A stretch of DNA of 64,000 nt from Minisyncoccota bacterium (GCA_009885085.1 VFLK01000009.1:3810-67809), one strand, 5' to 3'; counted from the stretch's first letter, positions 8,765 to 19,343 are shown. Numbers and translations are program-made. Notes: a model not told the origin generated them from the sequence alone.

Positions 8765-10126
8765 ATGAAACCCTTTTTTAAAAATAAAATCATTTTATAT
8801 ATTTCTTTGTTTGTTGTAATCTTTGGTAGTATTGTTTCTTATATTGTTTTCTCAATGGTAAGAATTAATCTTGTCAATTTTAATCAATCGTTATTCATTT
8901 CATTAATCGTGTTTGCTAGCGCATTTTTTTCAGGAATTATCACTATAATATTATTTTCAAAATTAGCAAATAAATTAGTTATTCAGAGACAAAAAATCGA
9001 AAACCAATTTAGTGAACTAAAAAAATTCAAGCTTGCTGTTGAGTATGCTTCAGATCACATTATTATTACTGATCCAGAAGGAATAATTCTTTATGCAAAC
9101 AATGCTGCAGAAACAATAACAGGTTATTCAAAGGAAGAAATGATTGGTAAAAAAGCAGGCAGTAAAGATCTTTGGGGTGGCCAAATGAATTCAAAATTTT
9201 ATAAAAATCTATGGGACACAATAAATCATAAAAAAAAGGTTTTTTCTGGAGAAATAACAAATAAAAGGAAGAATGGTCAAATTTATATATCCTTATCCAA
9301 AATTTCACCGGTATTAAATGGAAAAAATGAAGTAATATTTTTTGTTGGAATTGAGAGAGATATTACTCACGAAAAGGAAGTAGATAAGATGAAAACTGAG
9401 TTTATTTCATTGGCCTCTCATCAATTGAGAACTCCTCTGTCCGCAATGAAATGGTTCTTGGAGATGCTACTTGATGGCGATGCAGGTGAATTGAATAATG
9501 AACAAAAAGAAATGGTTGGGAATATAGATCTGTCTAATCAGAGAATGATCAGCTTAGTTAATGGATTACTAAATGTTTCTAGAATTGAATCGGGAAGAAT
9601 TAGTGTTAAACCTCAGCTCACGGATTTATCTAAATTAGTAAAAGAAATTTTGGTCGGGATGGAGCCAATGATTAAAGAAAAAAATCTGAAACTAGTTGTC
9701 AGTATTCATAAAAAAATGGGAGAAATTTTAATTGACCCAAGTTTGATTCAAGAAGTTTATAGAAATTTAATTACAAATTCTGTAAAGTATTCAAAGCAGG
9801 ATGGAGAAATTACTATATTTCTTTCAAACGACGACAAAAATGTTACGTTTCAAATAAGTGATGAGGGTATGGGTATTCCGCAAAGAGAACAGTCTAAAAT
9901 ATTTGAGAAATTTCATTGAGCAACAAATGCTCAAAAGTCAGTAGCAGATGGATCAGGATTGGGTTTATACTTAGCAAAATCTATAGTAGAATCTTCAAAT
10001 GGTAAGATTTGGTTTGAGAGTGTAGAAGATAAGGGAAGTACTTTTTGGTTCACCTTACCAACTTCTGGTATGAAAGCCAAAAAAGGTGAAGTAAGCCTAG
10101 ATAGATCACAATTAAAAGTTAGCTAA
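8765..10126 (+). pseudogene. Membrane PAS sensor histidine kinase interrupted by an in-frame TGA at 9917-9919 (between the HisKA/N-box region and the G-boxes); possible pseudogene or read-through
   Basis: Two TM helices, a PAS domain and the HisKA H-box SLASHQLRTPL; the reading frame continues unchanged after the TGA ([26 protein letters not shown]...GSTFWFTLP), and the paralogue at 20089 has Arg at this position (FEKFFRAKNA). Confidence 0.7.
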
Positions 10127-10142
10127 TGAAAGGCAGGAACTT

Positions 10143-10574
10143 ATGTCAGATGAAGTAACAGACAAAAAACGAACTATTTTAGTTGTTGAAGATGATGAGT
10201 TGTTGTCACAGGCAATAGTTAGAAAACTGATTATTACTAATTATGTTCCATATGCAGCTAAAACTCAGGGAGAAGCACTCGATTATTTAGAAAGTATGGA
10301 TCAGCCTATAGATGCAATTTGGTTAGATTACTATTTAGGCATGGATAAGTATTTAGGCGAGTCTACTGGATTAGACCTTCTTCAAAAGATAAAAGCTAAC
10401 GAAAAATGGAAAAATATCCCAGTCGTGGTAGTCAGCAACTCAGCCAGTGACGATAAAATTAAAAGTATGCTATTGCTTGGAGCCAATAAATACGTTCTTA
10501 AGGCTCAAAACAAGCTTGGGGATATCATCAAAACCTTCGACGAGTTTATTGTTGAAGAAAACAAATCTAAATAA
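10143..10574 (+). CDS. Stand-alone response-regulator receiver domain (CheY-like)
   Basis: ILVVEDDELL...AIWLDYYLG...VVVVSNSASDD...KYVLK receiver motifs and no output domain. Confidence 0.8.
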   Translation: MSDEVTDKKRTILVVEDDELLSQAIVRKLIITNYVPYAAKTQGEALDYLESMDQPIDAIWLDYYLGMDKYLGESTGLDLLQKIKANEKWKNIPVVVVSNSASDDKIKSMLLLGANKYVLKAQNKLGDIIKTFDEFIVEENKSK

Positions 10575-10580
10575 TTAAAC

Positions 10581-11981
10581 TTAGTCTACAAAGCTTAAAG
10601 CAATTCCAGTTTTATTTGCTCTTCCAGTTCTACCAATTCTATGAATATAGTCTTCATATGTTTGTGGTAAGTCGAAATTAATTACGTGAGTCACGTTATC
10701 AATATCTAAACCTCTAGAAGCAATATCCGTTGCCAAAAGTACCTGAATGTAATCTTGTTTAAACTGTTTCAAAGCTCTTTCACGTTGAGATTGTGATTTG
10801 TTGCCATGAATAGCAGCAACTTTAATTCCTCTTTCAACTAGATCTTGAGATAATTTATTCAAGCCATGCTTAGTTCTTCCAAAGACTAAGACTTTGTCAA
10901 AACCTTCTTGATCTAGTAAACCATGTAAAACATCTATCTTTGATCTACCCTGAATTTTAACAATTTCTTGATTAACATTTGTTGAAGCCTGTTGCTTTTC
11001 AACTTCAATTTTTACTGGGTTAGTCAAGAAACTTTGAATAATATCTTGCATTTTGTATGGTAGTGTTGCAGAGAAAAATAAAGAGTGTCTTTTTTGTGGT
11101 AATTTTTCAATCACATATTTCATATCGTTAATGAAGCCCATATCAAACATTTGATCGACCTCATCTAAAACGATAGCTGAAAATGAACTAAAGTTAAACG
11201 TTCCACGTTTTTCTAAATCAATTAATCTTCCTGGAGTTCCAATTATAAAATGTGGACCTCTTCTAAGTGAAGACATTTGACTATTCATATTGGCTCCCCC
11301 AATACAAAGAGCGGAATACATTCCCATTCGGTTTGCAAAAAGTTTGAACTCATCATTAATTTGAACAGCCAATTCTCTAGTTGGAGCCATAATCAAAACT
11401 CTACCCAATTTTTGATCTTTGTCTTGAATAGTTTCAAAGACATTATTAATTAATGGTATTAAAAAAGCAGCAGTTTTGCCGGTGCCTGTACTTGCAACAC
11501 CAGTTACGTCTCTGCCTTCTAAAATAAGATTAATTATTTGATCTTGAATTGGAGTAGGGGTTTCATAACCTCTTTCAATGATATTTTGCTTCAATGGTTC
11601 GCAAATCTTAAAATCGACAAATTTATTTTTTGATACATAGGCAACTTTTGCTGGTTCGTTAACGGCCACAATTGCTGCATTTTGAATTAAGTTAGATGGA
11701 TTAAATGAACTTTGTTGTCTTGAGCGTCCTCCTCTTGAAAAGTGATTGCCACCTCCACGAGAGTTGCCTCCACGACTTGAGTTATTAACTCCACCTCCAC
11801 GACTTGAGTTATTGTCGCCACCGCCACGATGACTATCTCCGCTTGAGCTACCTCCACGGGCACTGAAACCACGGCTACTGCCATGACTTCCGCCACTTCG
11901 GCTACTTCCACCACGAGAATTGTTACCACCAAATTTATGGCTTGAGTTCGATGAAGAACTCTTTGAGAATGAACTATACAT
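10581..11981 (-). CDS. DEAD-box ATP-dependent RNA helicase with an N-terminal RGG/Gly-Ser-rich extension
   Basis: Q-motif, Walker A VASTGTGKTAAF, DEVD, SAT, HRIGRTGR; an N-terminal ~110-aa SRGGGSSRG low-complexity region encoded by GC-rich tandem repeats. Confidence 0.9.
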   Translation of the reverse strand: MYSSFSKSSSSNSSHKFGGNNSRGGSSRSGGSHGSSRGFSARGGSSSGDSHRGGGDNNSSRGGGVNNSSRGGNSRGGGNHFSRGGRSRQQSSFNPSNLIQNAAIVAVNEPAKVAYVSKNKFVDFKICEPLKQNIIERGYETPTPIQDQIINLILEGRDVTGVASTGTGKTAAFLIPLINNVFETIQDKDQKLGRVLIMAPTRELAVQINDEFKLFANRMGMYSALCIGGANMNSQMSSLRRGPHFIIGTPGRLIDLEKRGTFNFSSFSAIVLDEVDQMFDMGFINDMKYVIEKLPQKRHSLFFSATLPYKMQDIIQSFLTNPVKIEVEKQQASTNVNQEIVKIQGRSKIDVLHGLLDQEGFDKVLVFGRTKHGLNKLSQDLVERGIKVAAIHGNKSQSQRERALKQFKQDYIQVLLATDIASRGLDIDNVTHVINFDLPQTYEDYIHRIGRTGRANKTGIALSFVD

Positions 11982-12161
11982 ACTACTGCTTTCTTTGTCT
12001 TAACCTTGACGTGTTTATAATTTAAAGGTTAAAGACAAGAAGCAAAATTTTGGAAAATTGAAATTGAAATTCAAAGATCTACGCTAGCTTAAACCCATTG
12101 GTTATTTCTTAAATTTAATTAAGAAGTAAGTAGTATAACATATTGTCACTATAACTGCAAG

Positions 12162-12863
12162 TTATAAGATGTGGGGCAAAGCACTGGGATTAAAAAGAAG
12201 CCACTGTTTTATAAACTCAAATTTAAATAGTTCTCTTTGAAATTGGACAGTTTTTTTCAGGGCAATTTTTTGTGACCACTTATCTAACTTAATATGATTC
12301 TTGGAATAGAAAGGAATCCAAAATGTTTTTTTCTTATTTTTAAGTAGATAACTGTTGATGGCAAACTCGACTTCATAGTTAGCAGGATTATTTTTAAATA
12401 CGTTAATCAAGTCAGAGGTTTTCAAAATTCTTTCTCCAGAAACAATAAGATCGTGTCTTAGAATTTTTGAGATTAACGGATCATTAGATTGGCGTAAAAT
12501 TAAGGCGTCAATTTGAGGATCATTTGAAACTGAATCTAGCGCATTTTCTATAGATTCTGAAGTAAATGAGTTTAAATCAGCATCAAATAACAGGACATGC
12601 GATGTTTTCACTTGATTGAGACCATATTCGATTGCCGAAGATTTTCCTGCATTAATCTTATAGCCAACCACTTTTATTTTTTTATTTTGAGCAAACGCTC
12701 GAGAAATTATTTTAACTGTATTATCAGTCGAACCATCATCTATACAAATAATTGATTCAAGTTTTCCAGAGTCAACTAAAACATTAAGTTTTTTCAGTAC
12801 ACTGACTAGTCGCCAGTTTTCATTGAAAAATGGAATTAAGCAGGTAAATTGGATTTTTTGCAT
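12162..12863 (-). CDS. Family 2 glycosyltransferase (dolichyl/polyprenyl-phosphate sugar synthase-like)
   Basis: CLIPFFNE...CIDDGSTDNT...LLFDADL GT2 motifs. Confidence 0.75.
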   Translation of the reverse strand: MQKIQFTCLIPFFNENWRLVSVLKKLNVLVDSGKLESIICIDDGSTDNTVKIISRAFAQNKKIKVVGYKINAGKSSAIEYGLNQVKTSHVLLFDADLNSFTSESIENALDSVSNDPQIDALILRQSNDPLISKILRHDLIVSGERILKTSDLINVFKNNPANYEVEFAINSYLLKNKKKTFWIPFYSKNHIKLDKWSQKIALKKTVQFQRELFKFEFIKQWLLFNPSALPHIL

Positions 12864-12875
12864 AATATTAATTCT

Positions 12876-13358
12876 TCAAGTTGAGTTTTTTAAAGTGAGA
12901 TTTTTAAAAAACTCTGAAACTTCTTGAGCATGATTTTCTGCTTTAACTTTTGGCCATACCTTGATAATCTTTCCATTTTTGTCTAGGACAAAAGTTATTC
13001 TTAAGATACCTTGATAAATCTTTCCAAACATTGATTTTTCTCCGATAGCACCAAAAGCAGTAATGAGCTTTCTGTCTTGATCTGACCATAGAGGAAAGTT
13101 TAGTTCGTGTCTATCACTGAATTTTATGTGAGATTCTGGAGAATCTCCACTAATTCCAATAATTTGTATTCCAAGATTTTTTAGATCCTTGTTAAAATCT
13201 CTAAAACTACAAGCCTCTTTAGTGCAACCTGGAGTGTTATCTTTTGGATAGAAGTAAACAACTGTTGGCTTACCCAGTAATTCAGACAATGAAACAGGAT
13301 TTTGGTTTTGATCTAGCACTTTTGTATCTAGTGGTGCAATTTCTCCGACTTTAAGCAT
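12876..13358 (-). CDS. bcp: Thioredoxin-dependent peroxiredoxin Bcp
   Basis: VVYFYPKDNTPGCTKEACSFRD, the Bcp/PrxQ active-site motif. Confidence 0.9.
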   Translation of the reverse strand: MLKVGEIAPLDTKVLDQNQNPVSLSELLGKPTVVYFYPKDNTPGCTKEACSFRDFNKDLKNLGIQIIGISGDSPESHIKFSDRHELNFPLWSDQDRKLITAFGAIGEKSMFGKIYQGILRITFVLDKNGKIIKVWPKVKAENHAQEVSEFFKNLTLKNST

Positions 13359-13388
13359 ATCTTTTCCTCTTTTTTATATATAAAATAA

Positions 13389-15428
13389 GTGTATATGTCA
13401 AAACTATTTAAAGCTAGTTTGTTTGTATTTGTTATCTTCTCAATTATTTTCATACCCTCAAAAGCCTGGGCAAAATCATATTCGATTGATCAAGTTCAGA
13501 TAGAAGCTGAAGTTTTCGAAGATGGATTAATGAGCGTTAAAGAAAAGAGAGACTATAATTTTTCTGGTGATTATTCGTATGCGTATGAGTATATTTATAA
13601 ATTTCCAGATCAAGAAAAAAGTCCTGGAAGAACTACTCCATACTTATTAAATAATTTCAAAATCTGCGAAACCGGTGGAGTCAAAAATAATTGTTATCAG
13701 GAATTAACAGATTCTCAAATTGATTTGGAAAATCCGAAGAATAATCCTGTCAATAGTTTTTTTGTTGCTGATCAAGGCACTAGATATTATATTCAGTGGA
13801 ATTATTCGGCTCAAAACGAAGTGAAATATTTTGAGATTTCTTATGATGTTACCAATGCGGTAACACTTCATGCGGATGTTGCCGAACTTTATTGGCAGTT
13901 TATTGGATCTCAGTGGGAGATGCCTCAAAAAAACATTCTAGTAAATCTGAGTTTTTCAAATTCAATTAATGGAAACGATTTAAAGGCATGGGCTCACGGA
14001 CCGCTTGAAGGTGAGGTTGCAATATCTGAGTCAGTTAATGAGCCAAAAGTTACTTTTAAGGTGCCGGGAACTGTAATTGGAGAATTTGTTGAGGCCAGAA
14101 TTCTAATGCCAAAAGAATATTTTTCTGATGGAGCAACTGGAAACAGTGATAGAGCAACAATTCAAGGTCAGGAAGAAACTTTTATTAAAGAGACGATTGA
14201 TAGTAAGAAAAAAACCGCAGTATTACAAATTCTTTTTTTTGTGATAATTTTGGGAATTTTTGCATTGATAGTTTATAAATTTATTAAGCAAGTTAATTTA
14301 TTCTTAAAATATGGAAAGGATGATCCACTTCCAACAGTAAATGCGCCTGGAACTCTTTGGGAACCACCAAGCGATATTGATCCAGCTCAAATAGAGCAAC
14401 TTATATCTGGAACCAAAAACATAACTCCAAAGGCATTTACAGCAACTGTTCTATCGTTGGTTCAAGACAGATATTTTAAGTTTGTAAGAAGTGATCAAAA
14501 AGAGGGTTTATTCACTAAAAATTATAAATACTATCTAGAACCTTTTAATCAGAAACAGTCATATTTAATTCAACCAGTTAAAACAATTTCTTCAGTTCAG
14601 CAAGAAGTCATGCGTTTTTTGTTAGAGAAAGTTGGTTTAAAGAAAGTGACTGTTGAGGGCAAAGAAAGAGATGTTATTTCATTAGATGCAATTGTTTCAT
14701 GGTCAAAGAATCATCAAATCGAAAGTCAGACATTTTTTAAATCTTTGAAAGAAACTACCTTTAAAGAGAATCTTTTAGAGGGCTATTTTAATCAAGAGTC
14801 TCATAAAAATAAAACTAAAGTAAATGGCGGAATCGTAATTGGACTAAGTATTTTGTTACTACTTTTTTCTTTCGCGGTGATCCCAGCAATTTTTAGTACT
14901 TTTAGTAGCGATTTAAGTTATATGTCTATTGCAGTTGCGAGTGGTCTTTTTGGATTTGTAGGAATGGTTTTGGGAATAATTCTTGCGATTATAGGTGAGT
15001 TTGGAGAAAAACGAACACCTAAGGGAAGTGAGGAGGCTGCGGAGTGGTTGGCTTTTGGCAAACATATGCGTAATTACAAAAAGACTGCTAAGTATGAGAT
15101 TGATTCAATAGTTATTTGGGAGAAGTATTTGGTTTATGGAACTTTACTTGGGGTCTCGGCAAAAGCTTTGTCACAGTTACCAATTAAGTTTACTCAGGCT
15201 GATGCCATGATTGTTTCTTCTTATTGGGGCGGAAGAACATTGTCTACTAGTGGATCAGTTGCTGGATTGAATGATTTGTCCTCGGCTATAAATAGTGTAA
15301 CTACGGCGATATCTAGTATTAATCAATCTGCCACAAGTAGCTATGGAGCTTCCGGTTCCGGTTCATCCGGAGGGTTTTCTGGAGGTGGAGGAGGCGGTGG
15401 AGGTGGAGGAGGCGGTGGAGCTGGCTGA
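13389..15428 (+). CDS. DUF2207-family membrane protein with a poly-Gly C-terminus
   Basis: Signal peptide, large extracytoplasmic domain, central and C-terminal TM helices, and a C-terminal SGSSGGFSGGGGGGGGGGGGGAG tail typical of DUF2207. Confidence 0.75.
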   Translation: MYMSKLFKASLFVFVIFSIIFIPSKAWAKSYSIDQVQIEAEVFEDGLMSVKEKRDYNFSGDYSYAYEYIYKFPDQEKSPGRTTPYLLNNFKICETGGVKNNCYQELTDSQIDLENPKNNPVNSFFVADQGTRYYIQWNYSAQNEVKYFEISYDVTNAVTLHADVAELYWQFIGSQWEMPQKNILVNLSFSNSINGNDLKAWAHGPLEGEVAISESVNEPKVTFKVPGTVIGEFVEARILMPKEYFSDGATGNSDRATIQGQEETFIKETIDSKKKTAVLQILFFVIILGIFALIVYKFIKQVNLFLKYGKDDPLPTVNAPGTLWEPPSDIDPAQIEQLISGTKNITPKAFTATVLSLVQDRYFKFVRSDQKEGLFTKNYKYYLEPFNQKQSYLIQPVKTISSVQQEVMRFLLEKVGLKKVTVEGKERDVISLDAIVSWSKNHQIESQTFFKSLKETTFKENLLEGYFNQESHKNKTKVNGGIVIGLSILLLLFSFAVIPAIFSTFSSDLSYMSIAVASGLFGFVGMVLGIILAIIGEFGEKRTPKGSEEAAEWLAFGKHMRNYKKTAKYEIDSIVIWEKYLVYGTLLGVSAKALSQLPIKFTQADAMIVSSYWGGRTLSTSGSVAGLNDLSSAINSVTTAISSINQSATSSYGASGSGSSGGFSGGGGGGGGGGGGGAG

Positions 15429-15486
15429 TCTTATCTTTTCTCAAAAATCAAAGCATGCCGAAATAGATGTAGTAGAATACTAGAAT

Positions 15487-16365
15487 ATGACACAAACAAA
15501 AATTAAACGCGCAATAATTACTGCCGCAGGATTTGGATCAAGATTTTTACCAATTACCAAAAGTATTCCCAAAGAAATGTTGCCAATAATTGATAAGCCA
15601 ATTATTCAATATTTAGTTGAAGAATGCGGTGAAGCTGGACTTGAAGAAGTAATAATAGTTGCTTTGCCTGAAGAAGTTACAAAGTTTGAGGGTTACTTTT
15701 ATGGTTCAGCCACAAACATTAGAACCTTGATGATTAGACAGAATAAACTTGATCGTTGGGATAAAGTAGAAAAGGTCTTTAATCTTCCAAAAGTAACTAT
15801 TTTGCCTCAAGATAACAGTTTGCCATATGGAAATGGAAGACCAATTTTGTCTGCCAAAAATTTAGTCGAAAATGATGAAGCATTTGTAGTTATGTGGGGC
15901 GATGACCTTGTGTTAAGCGAAGTGAGTGCGGTAAAGCAAATTGTTGATGAATATAATGCTAAGCCCTGTGATGGTATTTTGGCTGTTCAGCGAGTTTCAG
16001 ATGAAGAGCTGGTTAGATATGCGGCTGTCAAACTTAAAGAAGGAACTACTGATCAAATTGAAACATTAATAGAAAAACCAAAACTTGAAGATGCGCCATC
16101 AAACATGGTTTCATATGGAAGATTTATTTTGACTCCAAAAATATTTGATTATTTAAAACCGGAAGCCATTGGATTAGATAACGAACTTTGGCTTCAGGAT
16201 GCAAATGACAAAGTTTCAAAAAATGGCGTGGTCAGAGTTTTTGAAGTTGATGGTGAATGGATGACGACAGGCGATCCAATTAGATACATGCAATCTCATA
16301 TTAAATTCATGCTTAAGGATAAAGAGTATGGAACTCAATTAGCAAAATTTATAAAAACTTTGTAG
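15487..16365 (+). CDS. galU: UTP--glucose-1-phosphate uridylyltransferase (GalU-like sugar nucleotidyltransferase)
   Basis: AIITAAGFGSRFLPITKSIPKEMLPIIDKP N-terminal nucleotidyltransferase motif; 292 aa. Confidence 0.75.
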   Translation: MTQTKIKRAIITAAGFGSRFLPITKSIPKEMLPIIDKPIIQYLVEECGEAGLEEVIIVALPEEVTKFEGYFYGSATNIRTLMIRQNKLDRWDKVEKVFNLPKVTILPQDNSLPYGNGRPILSAKNLVENDEAFVVMWGDDLVLSEVSAVKQIVDEYNAKPCDGILAVQRVSDEELVRYAAVKLKEGTTDQIETLIEKPKLEDAPSNMVSYGRFILTPKIFDYLKPEAIGLDNELWLQDANDKVSKNGVVRVFEVDGEWMTTGDPIRYMQSHIKFMLKDKEYGTQLAKFIKTL

Positions 16366-16367
16366 GT

Positions 16368-17582
16368 TTATTTTTCTAGTTCTGCTTGAACAAAATTTCT
16401 AGATTCAGCCCAGTTATTTGCTCCAGATCTTGGTACGATAACGTATTGTCCAGAGCTAGATTTAGATGAAGTGAAAACATTGGCTGTGCTAAGCGTGATA
16501 TTGATAATTTTATAATCTTTGGCTTCTAGTAACCTTGGAGCTAGTTGTTTAATAGAATCGATAGTTAGGTTTGTGTCTGTATGAGCGATCATTTGTTTGA
16601 AAAATCCTGGAATATTTTTGAGGGCTTCTAACTCAAAAAGTCTGTCTTTGATTCCAAGAAGCAATGCTTGTTGTCGTTGGCTTCTGTCAAAATCTCCTCC
16701 AGCAGAACCATGACGTGATCTAACATAGGCTAGAGAATCACCACCATCCATGATATTAATTCCTTTGTCGAAGTGAATATGCTCATATCTACACTCAAAC
16801 TTTTGTTCAAGCTGAAAACCTGATAGTTGTGAACTTAAACTCGCAACTTCTTCAGGACTTTTGCCACAAATATCCTGTTCTTTTCCTCCGATTGGATACC
16901 ATGGGTCGTCTAAAGTTTCGGGAACATCTACTTTGATATTTTTTAGTTCATAACCAATTGCTCTTTTAAAACCATTGAAATCTATTGAAATAAACCTATC
17001 AATTTTTAGACCAGTTACCGCTGAAACCATTTGCGCGCTCACACCAGCTCCTGAGATAATTGGGTCTTTTTTGTCGCCCAAGCTGAAAGCTTGATTGATT
17101 TTACTACTTGTTCCATTTGGCAGGGTTATCCATAAATCTCTTGGAATAGAGATGAAGGCAACTTTTGAATTTTCAAAATCAAGGTGAACGACTTGAATGA
17201 CATCAGTTAGAAATCCACCGCTATGTCCTGCACCACCATACCCTAGAAGCAAAATATTTAGTGAATTTTCATCATTTGCGAGGGTTTCATCAAATTCATA
17301 TGTTTCATCTTGAACCGCCAAAACTTTTTGCTCGTTATCTATTGTTTCAAAGCTTTCTTGTTTTTGACCTGATAAATAGGTATAGGTTGTTACAGTCGAA
17401 GCTAAAATGAGGATCAAACCTAAAAGAAACAAAGTTTTTGATTGCTTATTTTTGAAAATAGAATTTCTTAATTTATTAAGAACTAATTTTAACTTCATCT
17501 TTCTATATTCTACATTAGACTTGGTTAAAATTGAGTATAATTTTATTTTGTCCAAGACCATTAGATTTCTCAGCAAATTCAA
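16368..17582 (-). CDS. LytR-CpsA-Psr (LCP) family cell-envelope phosphotransferase
   Basis: N-terminal TM helix; NILLLGYGGAGHSGGFLTDVIQVVHLDFENSKVAFISIPRDLWI LCP core. Confidence 0.85.
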   Translation of the reverse strand: MNLLRNLMVLDKIKLYSILTKSNVEYRKMKLKLVLNKLRNSIFKNKQSKTLFLLGLILILASTVTTYTYLSGQKQESFETIDNEQKVLAVQDETYEFDETLANDENSLNILLLGYGGAGHSGGFLTDVIQVVHLDFENSKVAFISIPRDLWITLPNGTSSKINQAFSLGDKKDPIISGAGVSAQMVSAVTGLKIDRFISIDFNGFKRAIGYELKNIKVDVPETLDDPWYPIGGKEQDICGKSPEEVASLSSQLSGFQLEQKFECRYEHIHFDKGINIMDGGDSLAYVRSRHGSAGGDFDRSQRQQALLLGIKDRLFELEALKNIPGFFKQMIAHTDTNLTIDSIKQLAPRLLEAKDYKIINITLSTANVFTSSKSSSGQYVIVPRSGANNWAESRNFVQAELEK

Positions 17583-17606
17583 AGAAACTTGACTATAATA
17601 TAGTTA

Positions 17607-18290
17607 ATGAAAATACTTGTTGTTGAGGATGATCATAAAATTTCAAGTTCGATAAAACGGGGATTAGAACAAGAGGCCTTTGCAGTTGATACTGCTTTCA
17701 ATGGAGAGGCTGGGTATGATTTGGCCATTTCTGAAAATTATGATGTAATTATTTTGGACATAATGTTGCCACTAATGGATGGAATTGAAGTTTGCAAAAG
17801 GTTAAGAGAAGAAAAAATTTCTACTCCAGTTTTGATGCTGACTGCAAAGTCCCAAGTTTCTGATAAAATTTTGGGATTAAACACTGGGGCAGATGACTAT
17901 TTATCTAAACCTTTTTCTTTTGATGAGTTAGTTGCCAGAATTAGAGCTCTAAGTAGAAGACCGAGATCTACGGTTAATAATATTTTGGAACTTGCTGATT
18001 TAAAATTGGATCAAAATCGGTTTATAGTCGAAAGAAATGGACAGCAAATTACACTTTCAAAAAAGGAATTTTCACTTTTAGAATTTTTGATGAAAAATAA
18101 GAATAACGTACTTACTAAGGAACAAATTATTAGTAATGTATGGAATTTTGATGCAGATATTTTGCCAAATACTGTTGAGGTATATATTGGTTATTTAAGA
18201 AACAAAATTGACAAACCATTTAAAGGAAAACAACAGCTGTTAAAAACTGTTAGGGGTTTTGGGTATAAAATTTCAGAAAATAAAAAATAG
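17607..18290 (+). CDS. OmpR-family response regulator (receiver + winged-helix)
   Basis: MKILVVEDDHKI...ILDIMLP...DDYLSKPFSFDELVARIRALSRR plus a C-terminal wHTH. Confidence 0.9.
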   Translation: MKILVVEDDHKISSSIKRGLEQEAFAVDTAFNGEAGYDLAISENYDVIILDIMLPLMDGIEVCKRLREEKISTPVLMLTAKSQVSDKILGLNTGADDYLSKPFSFDELVARIRALSRRPRSTVNNILELADLKLDQNRFIVERNGQQITLSKKEFSLLEFLMKNKNNVLTKEQIISNVWNFDADILPNTVEVYIGYLRNKIDKPFKGKQQLLKTVRGFGYKISENKK

Positions 18291-19343
18291 GTGCATATGA
18301 AAGTTTTTGAACTTACAAGAATTAGAATAACCCTCTGGTATGTATTGATAGTCATGTCCATTAGTGTAATGTTCAGTGCTGTTATCTATCGGGGTGTAAT
18401 TGGTAATATTGAGTCTTCATTTAAAAATGCTGAGATTAGGTTTGAGAAGAATGAAGGCATGATGTCTCTAAGAAAGATAGCTGAGGTCAAAAATTCAAAC
18501 GTTGAAGTTACAAGAGAAGTTTTACACGGATTATTTCTAGAAGAATTGAATAATTCTAGAAAAAATATTTTATTTTTATTGCTTGTTGTTAATTTAGTGA
18601 TCCTAATTTTATCATCTCTGGTTAGCTATTTATTGGCTGGCAAAACCTTATTGCCAATTGAAGAAATTATTAAAGAACAAAAACGTTTTATCGCTGATGC
18701 TTCACATGAATTAAAAACTCCACTTACTTCATTGAAAACATCTATAGAGGTTTCTATCAGAAGCGGGAAACTTCCAAAAGATATTCAAAAATTATTTCAA
18801 TATAATTTAGAGGATGTAGACGCTCTTAATGAATTAATTGACAAACTCCTAAATCTTTCTAGTTTGGAGAGCAAAGAACCAGTTTTTGATCACCTTGATA
18901 TCAAGGAAGCGATTGAGACAGCATTCAGAAGAGTTAAATATCTTGCTGATGAAAAAAAAGTATCGATAAATATTGATACTAAAAACTATCAGTTAGTCGG
19001 AGATATTTTTTCGCTCACAGAATTATTTACAATTTTGTTTGATAATGGAATTAAGTATTGTAAGCAAGGTGGGGTAATTGATCTAAAAGTTAAGCCTTGC
19101 AAAAATCATCTTGTTATTATTGTTCGAGATACCGGAATTGGAATAAACAAAAAGTACTTGCCAAATATATTTGACCGTTTTTATCGAATCGATTCATCTA
19201 GAACTTCTAGTACTAAATCGGGATATGGCCTTGGGCTTTCAATGGCCAAAAAGATAGTCGAAAATCACAATGGTAATATCTCAGTTTCAAGTGAGATCAC
19301 CAAAGGAACTACTTTTACAATTAAATTGCCACTCAAACAATAG
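18291..19343 (+). CDS. Sensor histidine kinase (2 TM + HisKA + HATPase_c); start is GTG at 18291 or ATG at 18297
   Basis: H-box ADASHELKTPLTSL and G-boxes RDTGIGI...GYGLGLSMAKKIV; directly downstream of the OmpR-type regulator. Confidence 0.85.
   Translation: MHMKVFELTRIRITLWYVLIVMSISVMFSAVIYRGVIGNIESSFKNAEIRFEKNEGMMSLRKIAEVKNSNVEVTREVLHGLFLEELNNSRKNILFLLLVVNLVILILSSLVSYLLAGKTLLPIEEIIKEQKRFIADASHELKTPLTSLKTSIEVSIRSGKLPKDIQKLFQYNLEDVDALNELIDKLLNLSSLESKEPVFDHLDIKEAIETAFRRVKYLADEKKVSINIDTKNYQLVGDIFSLTELFTILFDNGIKYCKQGGVIDLKVKPCKNHLVIIVRDTGIGINKKYLPNIFDRFYRIDSSRTSSTKSGYGLGLSMAKKIVENHNGNISVSSEITKGTTFTIKLPLKQ

Noticed and set aside
9917-9919. Alternative genetic code (code 25, TGA=Gly) or selenocysteine as the explanation for the in-frame TGA in the histidine kinase
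   Set aside because: TGA is used as a genuine terminator in the same window (hk2 at 21229-21231; rplD at 63455-63457, overlapping the rplW start). The aligned residue in the paralogue is Arg, not Cys/Gly. No SECIS-like hairpin is obvious downstream.
15350-15425. Poly-Gly/GGA-GGT codon repeat as a mobile or microsatellite element
   Set aside because: A C-terminal poly-Gly tail is a known feature of DUF2207 proteins. It is mentioned in the evidence for that gene rather than as a separate element.
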